Part shown: one piece after another, positions 20,579 through 29,585 of the stretch
How positions within the stretch are numbered: position 1 is the stretch's first letter
How the letters are laid out: each line of letters starts with the position of its first letter
NCBI GenBank assembly: GCA_031550185.1
Contig: JAVBOU010000008.1
Coordinates: 1-57,382, forward strand
From: Kiritimatiellia bacterium
GTDB taxonomy: Bacteria > Verrucomicrobiota > Kiritimatiellia > RFP12 > JAVBOU01
Length of the DNA: 57,382 nucleotides
Direction: 5' to 3'
The notes under the pieces: model-generated
Told to the model about the DNA's origin: nothing
Databases searched by the model: none
What the model saw: the letters and a program-made list of their open reading frames with translations, nothing else
Program-made: the position numbers and the translations under genes

Positions 20579-22789
20579 TCATGTGGGTTGTTGTGCGTGG
20601 CAGAGGTCGGTCTCTGCCACGCGGAGATTTTGTTGTTGGTGGTACAGATCGGTTTCCGCTGGTGTCAGGCGAAGGGTGGTGCGGCCGCCGTTGAGGAGCC
20701 GGCCTGTGTAAAGACCGCGCCATTCGCCAGGTGGCAGGGTGAGTTCGAGCTCGGCCGGCGTGTCGCCAAGTTGACGGATGAAAATAAAGTGGTCGCCCAG
20801 GCGTTCGACACGCGCGCGTCCGGAGAGACATTTGGGATTTCCGAATTTGGTGATGCCGGCTTCGGTCGCAGCGTCTTCAGTCACCGACATGAAGCCGTCC
20901 CAAAGGGCGTCGTCAACGGCACCGGGATTGGTGGCGAAATAAAACACGGACCCCTTGCCAATTTTTTTGCGCACCGCGCACGGTTCGTCGTATCCGGGGA
21001 AACGGGCGATTTCGGCGTCAAAGGTTCCGGCGATTCCGGCGTAGCGGTCAAAGCCGGCAATGCGGTTGCCGGCCGGCGTGACCATTGAAAACAACGGACG
21101 CGAAACGCGTTTGTTTTGAAGGGCTTTGCGCACGTCGTCGTTGGCGATGTCCGGCGCTGCGTCGGGTGCGTCGTCGTGTTGCGCGAGATGGATTGCGGCG
21201 CAGCTTTCGACTTCGCGAAAGCCCCAGCGTTCGGCCAATCCGGAGCCGGGAATGACGGCGGCATGGCGTCCGGTGTCGGGCGAATAACCCGCGAGGTGGG
21301 CTTCGCAAATCGCCACGCCGCCCGCATTGATCCATTCATTCAACGCGTCGGCTTCGGCGGCGTCGAGGTAATAGGGACTCGGCAGGATGAGCAAACGGAG
21401 GCCGTCCAGGCGGCGCGTTTTCAGCATGTCCGAATCAATGAAACGAAACGTGAAGTTGGCGGCATAAAGACGGTTCGCGTAGTTGGCGTAACTTTTGTGC
21501 AGCAATTCCATGCGGTCGATCGCGGCATGGAAGAGCTCGTTGCGGCGGCTTTTCCAGATGCCGATATCGGCGGCGGCGGGTTGCGCGCGCAGGAGTTCGT
21601 CGCGATGCGGCATGATCCTCGCGGTAAATTCGCGGATGCCGGCGGTGACGCGGCGCTCGCTCCCATCGGCGTTGATCACGCCCCAGGCCGGCGCCTCGCG
21701 TCCGAGCGACTCGGGGCGGAACTGCCAGAAGAGGAACCCTTTGACGCCCATGGCGAGTTGCGGCAGCAAATCGTTGCGCACGTCCTCGGCGTCAAGGTGG
21801 CGCGGGTGGAGGGACGTGTCGCCAAAGTTGATGTGGCTTTCGACGTTGTAACAAACCTTGCCGTTTGCGGCGGAAAGTGTCACGGGCGCCATCAACGTCC
21901 CGCCGGTCATGGTCGACGCGAAAACATCGCACTCCTGCGCCAGCGCGAAGTCATCCGAGCCACATGTGACGGGGTTCCACACGGCGAGGTCGTTGGGCAC
22001 GACATGGAGGTAGGCGGCGTGTTGCGGCGAGAACTCACGCGTCATGGCCAGGCGCCAGCGCGCCTCGCTGGTCATGGTGTCGATGAAAAACTCGCGCCAG
22101 TCGATGAAGTCGTTGAGGGTTGACGCCGCATACGGCAACTCGATGTTTTCCCAGTCGAGATAACAACGCCCCCACACGTCGTTGAGGCGTTCAATGGCGC
22201 CGTATTTGTGCTTCAGCCAGTTGTTGAATTTCTCACGACAGGACGGACAGTAACAGGCGAGCTTGTCCATGCGGACCGGTCCGCGTTGTGGAAAGCACAA
22301 CTCAGGTTCGTTCCACACGTCCCACATCGAAAGCGCGGGATGGCGGGCAAAATGTTTCAGCGCCGCCTCCATGAAACGTTGGCGAAAAGCCAGCGCGTCC
22401 GGATGGTTGTAACACGGGCCGGGATGACCGCCCAACTGGCGATGTCCCACGCCGTAAGGCTCGACAATCGTCCCGTCGGCCATGATCATTTTCGCGTCGG
22501 GGCATTGCGTGTAGAGCCAGAACGGCGCGACGTCAAAGATGGTGTTCAACGTCACCGCGAGATGGTTGCGCGCGGCGAGATCCATCAACGCGTCGAGGTC
22601 GTCAAAACAAAACTCGCCCGGACGCCGCTCGCTCCATCGCCATTGCACCCAAAATTTGACGTGATTGAAGCCAAGGTCACGCATGTGCCGCAGGTCGCGT
22701 TCCCAAAGCGAACGATCCGGCGTTGGCGCGCGGTAATATTGCGCGCCCCAAATGAACGGTGTGGTTGCTGCTGCTCGCGAATTCGTCAT
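20579..22789 (-). CDS. beta-galactosidase, GH42 family (no signal peptide)
   Basis: GAQYYRAPTPDRSLWERDLRHMRDLGFNHVKFWVQW and WDVWNEPE are present, together with the GH42 Zn-type Cys cluster CYCPSCREKF. The start is uncertain: ATG at 22789 or TTG at 22804. The last ~15 codons (RVAETDLCHAQQPT) are encoded by palindrome copy 4. Confidence 0.85.
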   Translation of the reverse strand: MTNSRAAATTPFIWGAQYYRAPTPDRSLWERDLRHMRDLGFNHVKFWVQWRWSERRPGEFCFDDLDALMDLAARNHLAVTLNTIFDVAPFWLYTQCPDAKMIMADGTIVEPYGVGHRQLGGHPGPCYNHPDALAFRQRFMEAALKHFARHPALSMWDVWNEPELCFPQRGPVRMDKLACYCPSCREKFNNWLKHKYGAIERLNDVWGRCYLDWENIELPYAASTLNDFIDWREFFIDTMTSEARWRLAMTREFSPQHAAYLHVVPNDLAVWNPVTCGSDDFALAQECDVFASTMTGGTLMAPVTLSAANGKVCYNVESHINFGDTSLHPRHLDAEDVRNDLLPQLAMGVKGFLFWQFRPESLGREAPAWGVINADGSERRVTAGIREFTARIMPHRDELLRAQPAAADIGIWKSRRNELFHAAIDRMELLHKSYANYANRLYAANFTFRFIDSDMLKTRRLDGLRLLILPSPYYLDAAEADALNEWINAGGVAICEAHLAGYSPDTGRHAAVIPGSGLAERWGFREVESCAAIHLAQHDDAPDAAPDIANDDVRKALQNKRVSRPLFSMVTPAGNRIAGFDRYAGIAGTFDAEIARFPGYDEPCAVRKKIGKGSVFYFATNPGAVDDALWDGFMSVTEDAATEAGITKFGNPKCLSGRARVERLGDHFIFIRQLGDTPAELELTLPPGEWRGLYTGRLLNGGRTTLRLTPAETDLYHQQQNLRVAETDLCHAQQPT
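20595..20622. repeat. GC-rich palindromic element, copy 4 (inside the 3' end of the GH42 ORF)
   Basis: GCGTGGCAGAG-GTCGGT-CTCTGCCACGC, 33 nt upstream of the start at 20561. Confidence 0.9.
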
Positions 22790-22861
22790 GGGGTCGTCTT
22801 TCAAAGGAAAGTTGTTGTTTCAAATTGTCATCTTTGACCATGCGCGGCAAAGGATGGGGGT

Positions 22862-22889
22862 GCGTGGCAGAGCCCGGCCTCTGCCACGC
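22862..22889. repeat. GC-rich palindromic element, copy 5
   Basis: GCGTGGCAGAG-CCCGGC-CTCTGCCACGC, 7 nt after the stop at 22897. Confidence 0.9.
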
Positions 22890-22896
22890 GGAGGTT

Positions 22897-25101
22897 TTAG
22901 CGCAAGAAGAAGAGAGAGCGCGGCGGAAGGTATTTGACGAAGAGGGTGTTGTTTTCAACAAAATATTTCCAGCGTTCGCGCTGGTTGTGCGGCGCATCCA
23001 TCGTGATGTTGTCCGGCTCCGATGAGGAGACCGCGCCGATGATGCCGCCGGTGGCGGTGAGTACAGCATGGACGCCGGGTTCGGCGTTTTTGTCGGCGTT
23101 GAGTTGGAGAATAGTTCCGGGATTGAATGTGGCTTTTCCGGCGATGACGGCGGTTTCAAAGGCGCCCTTCTCTTGCAACTCGATGGCGAGAATGTTGCCG
23201 GTGTTGACGGTGAGGCTTCCGGCATTGAACCGGCCGCCCGCAAGCAGGAGCTTGTTGCCGATGGTGGCGGCGGTTCGACCGATGGTCAGGCTGCCAGCCA
23301 TGCTGAACGCGCTAGCTTTCGCGACGTGCAGGACGTTGGAGTCGCCGTTGCTGTAGCCCACATCGGAGGCGCCCGTGCCAGTCAGCTCGATGACGCCGCC
23401 ATCCATGGCTTTGAGAAGCCCCCAATTCCCACTTTGCCCCATTCGCAAACCGGTGCTGCCCTGAGCCCGGAAACAGGCATTGCTCACAAACACCGCGTTG
23501 AAATTGGCACCCGCTCCATCGTGGCCGATGTAAAGGCAGTTCCGGTTCGTGACGACCGCGCCGTCCACAATCCAGACTTGATTGGATGTACCGTACCTGC
23601 CCACAATCATGGATTGGCAATTGAGCGAAGCATTGCGGATGGTCAGCACGTTGTCTTTGCTGCTCGTGGAGTTATCGGGTGCAACCTCGACATCACCGTT
23701 CACGCCGTTTGCGTTGTTCAGAATCACGGAGCTGCCGTTTGCAATTTCAAAGTGGTTGGAATGCGCGCCTCCCGTGCCGAGACGGAGCTGACCGCCGGAG
23801 GCCGTGACGGTGCTGCCATCAAACAGGACACTGGAATTTCGTGAGTCTTGAACAGTCAAATTTCCGCTCACATTCATCGTTGAGCCAATCAATTTGAACG
23901 CGTTGTGATACCCATCGCCGTTCAGGGTGATGCCGTTGCGCACGGTGAGCGTCGCGCCACTCTCCAAGGTCAACTGGGCGTTGCGGTAACAACTCAGCGT
24001 CTGGATGAACGATTCGCCGCCGATGATGCGCATGGGAGAGGACAAGCCGACTTTCGCCGGCTCACCGGTGCCGACCACGCGCAGCATGTTCAAGTCAAGC
24101 GGCCTGGCACTGTTTGCGATGGTCAACAGGTTTGTGCCCTGTTTGTAAACCGCGGTGCCACTCGCGCCGGCCAGGGTTCCGCTGTATGTGACGGGCGCGC
24201 CTGGTGGCCGGATAACAAATCCTCCTTCTTGTGCGACCAAATTGCCACCCGGCAGTTCGTCGTAATCGAAATACAAATTGGAAGCTCCGAACTTGTAAAT
24301 CGGGCCGGTTCCACGGAAAGGAACCTGAATGCTTTGGTTTTGCTCCAAATAGACGTAGAGCGTGTTTGCACCGTAATCGACTTTTCCGCCGGATCCGCCT
24401 TGCTCATAAATGGACATGCGCGCGTCGCGACCTTGCAGGATGCCCGCCGTACCGTCGCTCCCGCCGAGGTAAAGCGTGTGCCCGTTGAGGTTCAGCGACT
24501 GGCGTTGCTCAATGGCCTTCGCGTATGAATCGCCCTGCAAAACCGTAAACCCCGGTCCCGGCACCAGCACGACATCATCCGGCGTCGATGCCGCGAAATC
24601 CGTGAGCGCCGGCGTGGCACGGACGACACCTTCCGTCAGGTCGTATGTCGCGTAACTAGCGCCGCTGTCACCGATGACAAACCACGGCGGTAAAATTCCC
24701 TGCGGCGGATTTGTCAGGAAGAGACGCTCGGCGGCGCGGTTGGCGCGCAGCGTGAGCGTGCCGCCGGGAGTTTGCACGATGCCGCCGAATGTCGCCGAGA
24801 GGCCGGTGTTCGCGGTGTCGTTGAAGGTGAGACGCGCGGTGTTCATCCCGCCGCCGGCGACAAGATTTCCCGGCGTGGAAACCGACGCCATCGCCTGCGT
24901 GGGGGTCAGCGTGAGATTCGCGTTTGCCGTGGACGGATTCGTGTTGTCCCCGAGGATCACGGAGTCTGCTCCAAACACGCCGGAGTTCTGCCCAATTTGG
25001 AGTGTCACATTGCCTTGAGTCAGGGTGTAGCCCTGTACAAGGAGAGGCGGTGTCGATGTCAGGAAAACGAGCATCGCCGTGAAGGTGTGATGACATTTCA
25101 T
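22897..25101 (-). CDS. secreted beta-helix/PATR-like surface protein with LFFLR tail
   Basis: ATG at 25101 with AAGGAAAAGTT SD. Signal peptide MKCHHTFTAMLVFLTSTPPLLVQG. Repetitive G/N/T-rich beta-helix-type sequence. Ends KYLPPRSLFFLR. Confidence 0.8.
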   Translation of the reverse strand: MKCHHTFTAMLVFLTSTPPLLVQGYTLTQGNVTLQIGQNSGVFGADSVILGDNTNPSTANANLTLTPTQAMASVSTPGNLVAGGGMNTARLTFNDTANTGLSATFGGIVQTPGGTLTLRANRAAERLFLTNPPQGILPPWFVIGDSGASYATYDLTEGVVRATPALTDFAASTPDDVVLVPGPGFTVLQGDSYAKAIEQRQSLNLNGHTLYLGGSDGTAGILQGRDARMSIYEQGGSGGKVDYGANTLYVYLEQNQSIQVPFRGTGPIYKFGASNLYFDYDELPGGNLVAQEGGFVIRPPGAPVTYSGTLAGASGTAVYKQGTNLLTIANSARPLDLNMLRVVGTGEPAKVGLSSPMRIIGGESFIQTLSCYRNAQLTLESGATLTVRNGITLNGDGYHNAFKLIGSTMNVSGNLTVQDSRNSSVLFDGSTVTASGGQLRLGTGGAHSNHFEIANGSSVILNNANGVNGDVEVAPDNSTSSKDNVLTIRNASLNCQSMIVGRYGTSNQVWIVDGAVVTNRNCLYIGHDGAGANFNAVFVSNACFRAQGSTGLRMGQSGNWGLLKAMDGGVIELTGTGASDVGYSNGDSNVLHVAKASAFSMAGSLTIGRTAATIGNKLLLAGGRFNAGSLTVNTGNILAIELQEKGAFETAVIAGKATFNPGTILQLNADKNAEPGVHAVLTATGGIIGAVSSSEPDNITMDAPHNQRERWKYFVENNTLFVKYLPPRSLFFLR

Positions 25102-25172
25102 AACTTTTCCTTGGTGTGCGGGCGTTCATCGTCCGCAGTGATTGGTGTTCGCGCGTTCCGTTTGCCGATCGT

Positions 25173-26882
25173 TCAGCGCATTTTTTTCATTTCAAACTTT
25201 TCGCCCTTGAGCGCGCGCAGGACGGGTTCGCCCCAGTAAGGCGTGGGCGTGTAATCCCAGTCGAGCAGAAGGCACGGCGAAGAGCGCGGATGGAAGCACC
25301 ATGCGGTCCAGTTGAGGCGGTGCTTTTGGATGCAGCCGATCATGTCGGCGCCCCAGGTCAACGGGTCTTCGGTCTTTCCATTTTGCCACGGCATGGGTGT
25401 GGGCTGGCAACCGACTTCGCCAACCAGAATCGGGTACTTTTCGGCGGCGTCGAGGAAACGTTTTTGCCAGTTACCCTTCCACGGATAGACGTGTGTCTCG
25501 TACATGATGCCCTGGCCGTCCGGCGTGTCGTCAAGCGCGTAACCGTTGAGGACGCCGCCGAGATCATAGGCCCAGTCGAGTCCGCCGGCGGAGACGAGAT
25601 TGCGCGCGCCGGTTTTGCGGACGGTGTCAACGAGCGCCTGCATGCCGACGGAGCGGACAGCGTCCTGGCTCGCCTTGTTCTCCGCGGCGACGCCTTCTTT
25701 TTCTTCGCCTTTTTTGGCAACGTCGCCGCCGTTGCGCCACTCCTCCCAGGAGATGCCGTGGGGTTCGTTGAGCAGGCCGAAAATCACGCCGGGATGGTTG
25801 GCGTAACGCGTCGCGGCGTCCTGCCAGAAATCGGCGTGCGCGGAAGTGGCAGCGCGGTATTCATGAAGGTCGAGCACGAGATAGGCGTTGTTCTGCTGGC
25901 AAAAGGTTGCCACCTGGTCGACGAGTTCGCGATACTTCACGCCGCCATCCTTTTGATATTTGCCGTGACCAAACCAGAAGGGCGATTTGACCGCGAGGCG
26001 AATGACGTTGGCGTTCCAAACCTTGATCGCCTTCTCGACCGACTCCATGATGTGCTCGCCGCCTTCGGTCCATTCCATGGAGGCGACGGCGACGCCTTGC
26101 AACCAGACTTCCTGGCCGTCTTTCATGGAGACGAGGCGGTTGCCTTTCACCTTGAGCGGCGCGCTGGTGACGCCTTCGGGAAGAGGCATGGCCTTGCTGC
26201 GCACGAGTTGCGGCGGCGGTGGCACGGGCTTGGGTTCAGGCTTCGGAATGGCGCTGGCCTTGATGGGCGTGAGTACCATGTCGTCAATGTCCATCGTTCC
26301 TTTTTTCGCCTGGAAAAGGCTGGGCATGAACGCGAGATACGTCGCGCCGCCGGGGACGACGAAGTTAAGCTCTCGCGTCTGCCAGCCGTCGGACGTGCCC
26401 TTGAAATTCGGGTTCGGCGGCTTCGGGTTGACTGTCTGATGGCTGGCGTTTTTAAACTCCATCATCATCCGCGCGTCGTACCAGCTTTGCGCGCCGACTT
26501 CGACATCCTGCCAGCGCACGCGAAAGGTCATCTTGAGCGCCTCCGTGCCGTTCGGCACTTGCACCGGATGATAAATCATCACATGCTTGCCGGGCTCGGT
26601 GGAGGTGATGCGCAAAAAGCGGTTTCCGTCTTCAACCGGATAACTGATGCCGGCCTTTACCTCCGGCCATTGCGCGGCGGCGCCTTGTTCGCTAACCTTT
26701 TGAAAATCCCCGTTGGCGATCAAGTTTTCGTCCGCGGCGTGGCAGAGCCCCTGCCATGCCACGCAGACGGCGAGCATCAATGCAAATGCGGGGCGTTGTT
26801 TCAAGGTGTGTTCTGTTCGAGTCACTGGAATCTCCGGTTGGTTGTTGGTTTGGCATGAGACGTTTTCCATTGCGGTTCCCAT
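25173..26882 (-). CDS. secreted CBM4_9-like + GH5 glycoside hydrolase
   Basis: GH5 motifs LDLHEY, LLNEPHG and [9 protein letters not shown]. CBM opening [10 protein letters not shown]. Signal peptide ...[22 protein letters not shown]. The start is uncertain: ATG at 26882, or TTG at 26804 giving MKQRPAFAL... Confidence 0.82.
   Translation of the reverse strand: [569 protein letters not shown]
26738..26764. repeat. GC-rich palindromic element, copy 6 (inside GH5 signal-peptide codons)
   Basis: GCGTGGCA-GAGCCCCTGCCA-TGCCACGC. On the minus strand it encodes VAWQGLCHA. Confidence 0.85.
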
Positions 26883-26892
26883 GCCAGGTGGT

Positions 26893-29547
26893 TTAGCGGA
26901 TTAAGAAAAGCGTGGAAGTATTTTTGAGGAGCCAAAGCTCGGTGTTGTTTTTAACTTTGGCGACATGCCAGCGCGCCTGCAATTCCGGGCTGAGGGAAAA
27001 TTCGCCTGAAATGGCGGCGGCGGTGGCAAGTTGAAAATGGGCTTCATTTTCAGGAATCGCGTCAAGCAACGTGACATTCACAACGCCGGCGGCAGTGACG
27101 TCGCCCTCCACCACGAGCGGCGATGCGATGGAGAGCGCAAGCCCCGCGTTGTCGGCGAGCGTGATGTCGCCTTGCACCGCTCCATTGCCGCCGAATAACG
27201 CGCCGCCAGAAACCTCAACGGAAGCGGTGATGCAACCGGCGTCGTTGAGGAACAAGCGGCCTTCTTCGACCGACGTTGCAAGGGTGCAGGAATTGGTTTG
27301 GGTGAGTTCGAGCGTACCCGTGCCGCGCTTGATGAGCGCGCCGGGCGTGGTGTCATCGTCGGAGATGTTCGCATTGATGCGCAGGTCGATTTCCGCCGCG
27401 CCGTCGTCGATCTCGAAAGGATACGCGCCGTTCAACAGGATGGCGCCGCGCTTGGCCACAGTGGCGACGGGAAGGTCGGCCGTAATGAGCACGGTATTGT
27501 CATTCTCCGCGTTGCCGACGCAAAAGAAGCCCGCCGCCGGATTTTTCAGAATGATGTACGGTTCGTTTTGCGGGTTCGTGTGGGCGCCGAACAAGACGGG
27601 TTGATACACGCCGTGTAAGATGTTCGTGATGATGAGGCGTCCGGACACCTCGAAGACCGCACCGGCGCGCTTGTTGTTGGCATCGCCTCCTTTGGCGTTC
27701 AGCACGGCGCCGGACAAAACGGCGTCTTGGAGGACACGAACCGTGTCGGAACGGTCAATGTTCCATGTTCCACCGGACGCCCAGGCGTTTGTCATGACAA
27801 CGGTGGCGGCGTTGCCGTTGCACGAGTAGGTTCCGCCGGCCAAGCGGAGCGTGTTGAAGGTTTCGCCCGTGCTGTAGTGGTCGCAATCACCGCCATTGAC
27901 CATCATGTCCGCCCAATCCGGGAGACACCCGTTAACTTGAAGCGTGCCGCCGTTGACAATCACACTGCCCGGAATTTCCCCGATAAAACGGACGAGTCCT
28001 CCGCTGATTATGGTGGGGCCTGTGTAGGCGCTTGCACTACCGTTAAAATGCGTGGCACCGTTGTTGGGGCCCGTGAATACCACGCCCAAACCGCCGTCAT
28101 TGAAAATTTCGCCGGCCATCTCAAGGAGTCCGTTGCCACTGCCACCGCTCATTCCGCCGGTTGTTTTGCCGTGAACCACAAGCCCTTGTTGGCCGTTAAG
28201 GTCAATCGGCGCGCGCAGATACACCATGCTGGATTTATCACTGGACGGCGAGTTGACCGCGAGCGAGGCGAAAATCACACCGCTTTCGATTTTCAAGGCG
28301 GCGTTCGGTTCCGCATCAATCACGATGCCACCATTCGCCCCCGTGCCGGAGGTGACGAGGGAGAGCGAATTGACCGCCGTGTCCTGCAAGATGGTTGTCG
28401 TTCTCGTGGCGCTTCCGGCCACCGCGACATTGGTGATCCGCACATTGTTTCCAGCGTCCTCGCCATCGACAATGCCGGACGTGTATTCCGTGTTGAAATC
28501 AAGCAGACGGACGCCTTTCACGGCGTCGTATGTGGCGAGCCCAATACCGGCGTTGTCCGCGGTGTTGGTGCTGGCCACCATGCCGCGGATTAATCCAATG
28601 GACGGGGTACCGGGGGCTCCGCTTCCGAAAAGCGCGGGTGGCGTGTCGAACATCACATTAACGGAAGCAGGCGTCAATGCGGCGGGATCATGCCATCCCA
28701 GCATGTTGCCGCGAACCCAAAGCGCGGCCGCGCCGGAGGCGCGGTAAAAGGCGCCTGAGTTGAACACCGTCCGGTAGTTTGATTGCGCCTGCACCTTGAC
28801 CCATGGGAATGCGATCCCTCCGCCGGGATCCGAATGGACGCCAAAAAACGTGGTGTTTGTAATTGTCGGATGATTCTTCGAGGAACTCGTAATGTCGACC
28901 GTGCTGCCGGCGCTTAACGCCAGGCTGTTCATCAGCGGCAATGTTTGAGCGGCAACCACATCTTTGTCAACGGTAAAGTTTCCGTTTTTGAGAATGACAT
29001 CCACATTCGACATCTTCGTCCCTTGGTTGGTGAGTTTCATCGAGGAGGATTCGACAGAAACAGTGCCATTGCCGTTGAAACTCCCCTTGAACTGCTTGCC
29101 CGTGCCGGCCAACGTCAACGTGTTCCCGTTCATGTTGACTTGATTGTTAACGATGAAGTTGCTGCAAAGGGTGTCCCAAATTTGGTTTGTCGCCAGCGAT
29201 ATCAGGCAGTTGATGTCGAACTGGCGGTTCGCACCGCCAATACGGTTAATGAAAATACCGTCCTTTCCCAGCGTGAGTGTGTTGTTCCGGATGGACGTGT
29301 TGGCAACGTTGAAGTTTGTAAACGCGATGCCTGAAAAGGACACGTCACCTCCTGTGTCGTAAATTCCCGCTGTCTGCCCCCAGAGGGCCAAATCGCCGGG
29401 GCCGGGCACAATGCCGCCAACCCATGAGTCGGGCGAGTTTAACGGTTCGGTATTGTCCGCTTTTTCAATGATGGCGGCCGAGGCGGCTGTTGCCGCGACA
29501 ATGAACACAGTGATCAATATCTGGAGGATTTTCACTGTTGTTTTCAT
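26893..29547 (-). CDS. large secreted PATR beta-helix protein with LFLIR tail
   Basis: ATG at 29547 with AAGGAGCAATC SD. Signal peptide MKTTVKILQILITVFIVAATAASA. DSWVGGIVPGPGDLALW motif. The C-terminal module is homologous to those of 2890.. and 32655... Ends NNTELWLLKNTSTLFLIR. Confidence 0.88.
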   Translation of the reverse strand: MKTTVKILQILITVFIVAATAASAAIIEKADNTEPLNSPDSWVGGIVPGPGDLALWGQTAGIYDTGGDVSFSGIAFTNFNVANTSIRNNTLTLGKDGIFINRIGGANRQFDINCLISLATNQIWDTLCSNFIVNNQVNMNGNTLTLAGTGKQFKGSFNGNGTVSVESSSMKLTNQGTKMSNVDVILKNGNFTVDKDVVAAQTLPLMNSLALSAGSTVDITSSSKNHPTITNTTFFGVHSDPGGGIAFPWVKVQAQSNYRTVFNSGAFYRASGAAALWVRGNMLGWHDPAALTPASVNVMFDTPPALFGSGAPGTPSIGLIRGMVASTNTADNAGIGLATYDAVKGVRLLDFNTEYTSGIVDGEDAGNNVRITNVAVAGSATRTTTILQDTAVNSLSLVTSGTGANGGIVIDAEPNAALKIESGVIFASLAVNSPSSDKSSMVYLRAPIDLNGQQGLVVHGKTTGGMSGGSGNGLLEMAGEIFNDGGLGVVFTGPNNGATHFNGSASAYTGPTIISGGLVRFIGEIPGSVIVNGGTLQVNGCLPDWADMMVNGGDCDHYSTGETFNTLRLAGGTYSCNGNAATVVMTNAWASGGTWNIDRSDTVRVLQDAVLSGAVLNAKGGDANNKRAGAVFEVSGRLIITNILHGVYQPVLFGAHTNPQNEPYIILKNPAAGFFCVGNAENDNTVLITADLPVATVAKRGAILLNGAYPFEIDDGAAEIDLRINANISDDDTTPGALIKRGTGTLELTQTNSCTLATSVEEGRLFLNDAGCITASVEVSGGALFGGNGAVQGDITLADNAGLALSIASPLVVEGDVTAAGVVNVTLLDAIPENEAHFQLATAAAISGEFSLSPELQARWHVAKVKNNTELWLLKNTSTLFLIR

Positions 29548-29585
29548 GATTGCTCCTTGTATGTGGGTTTGTGTTGTTGGTGGGG

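Noticed and set aside
20562-20831. N-terminal extensions of tracked ORFs through the palindromes (17142..20831, 32655..35522, 35532..38309, 38306..40120, 39981..43949, 43960..45147, 1541..2968)
   Set aside because: The extensions lack signal-peptide character and read through the stop-free palindrome (VAEPHLCHA-type peptides). Internal starts with SD sequences immediately precede good signal peptides, so I trimmed the genes.
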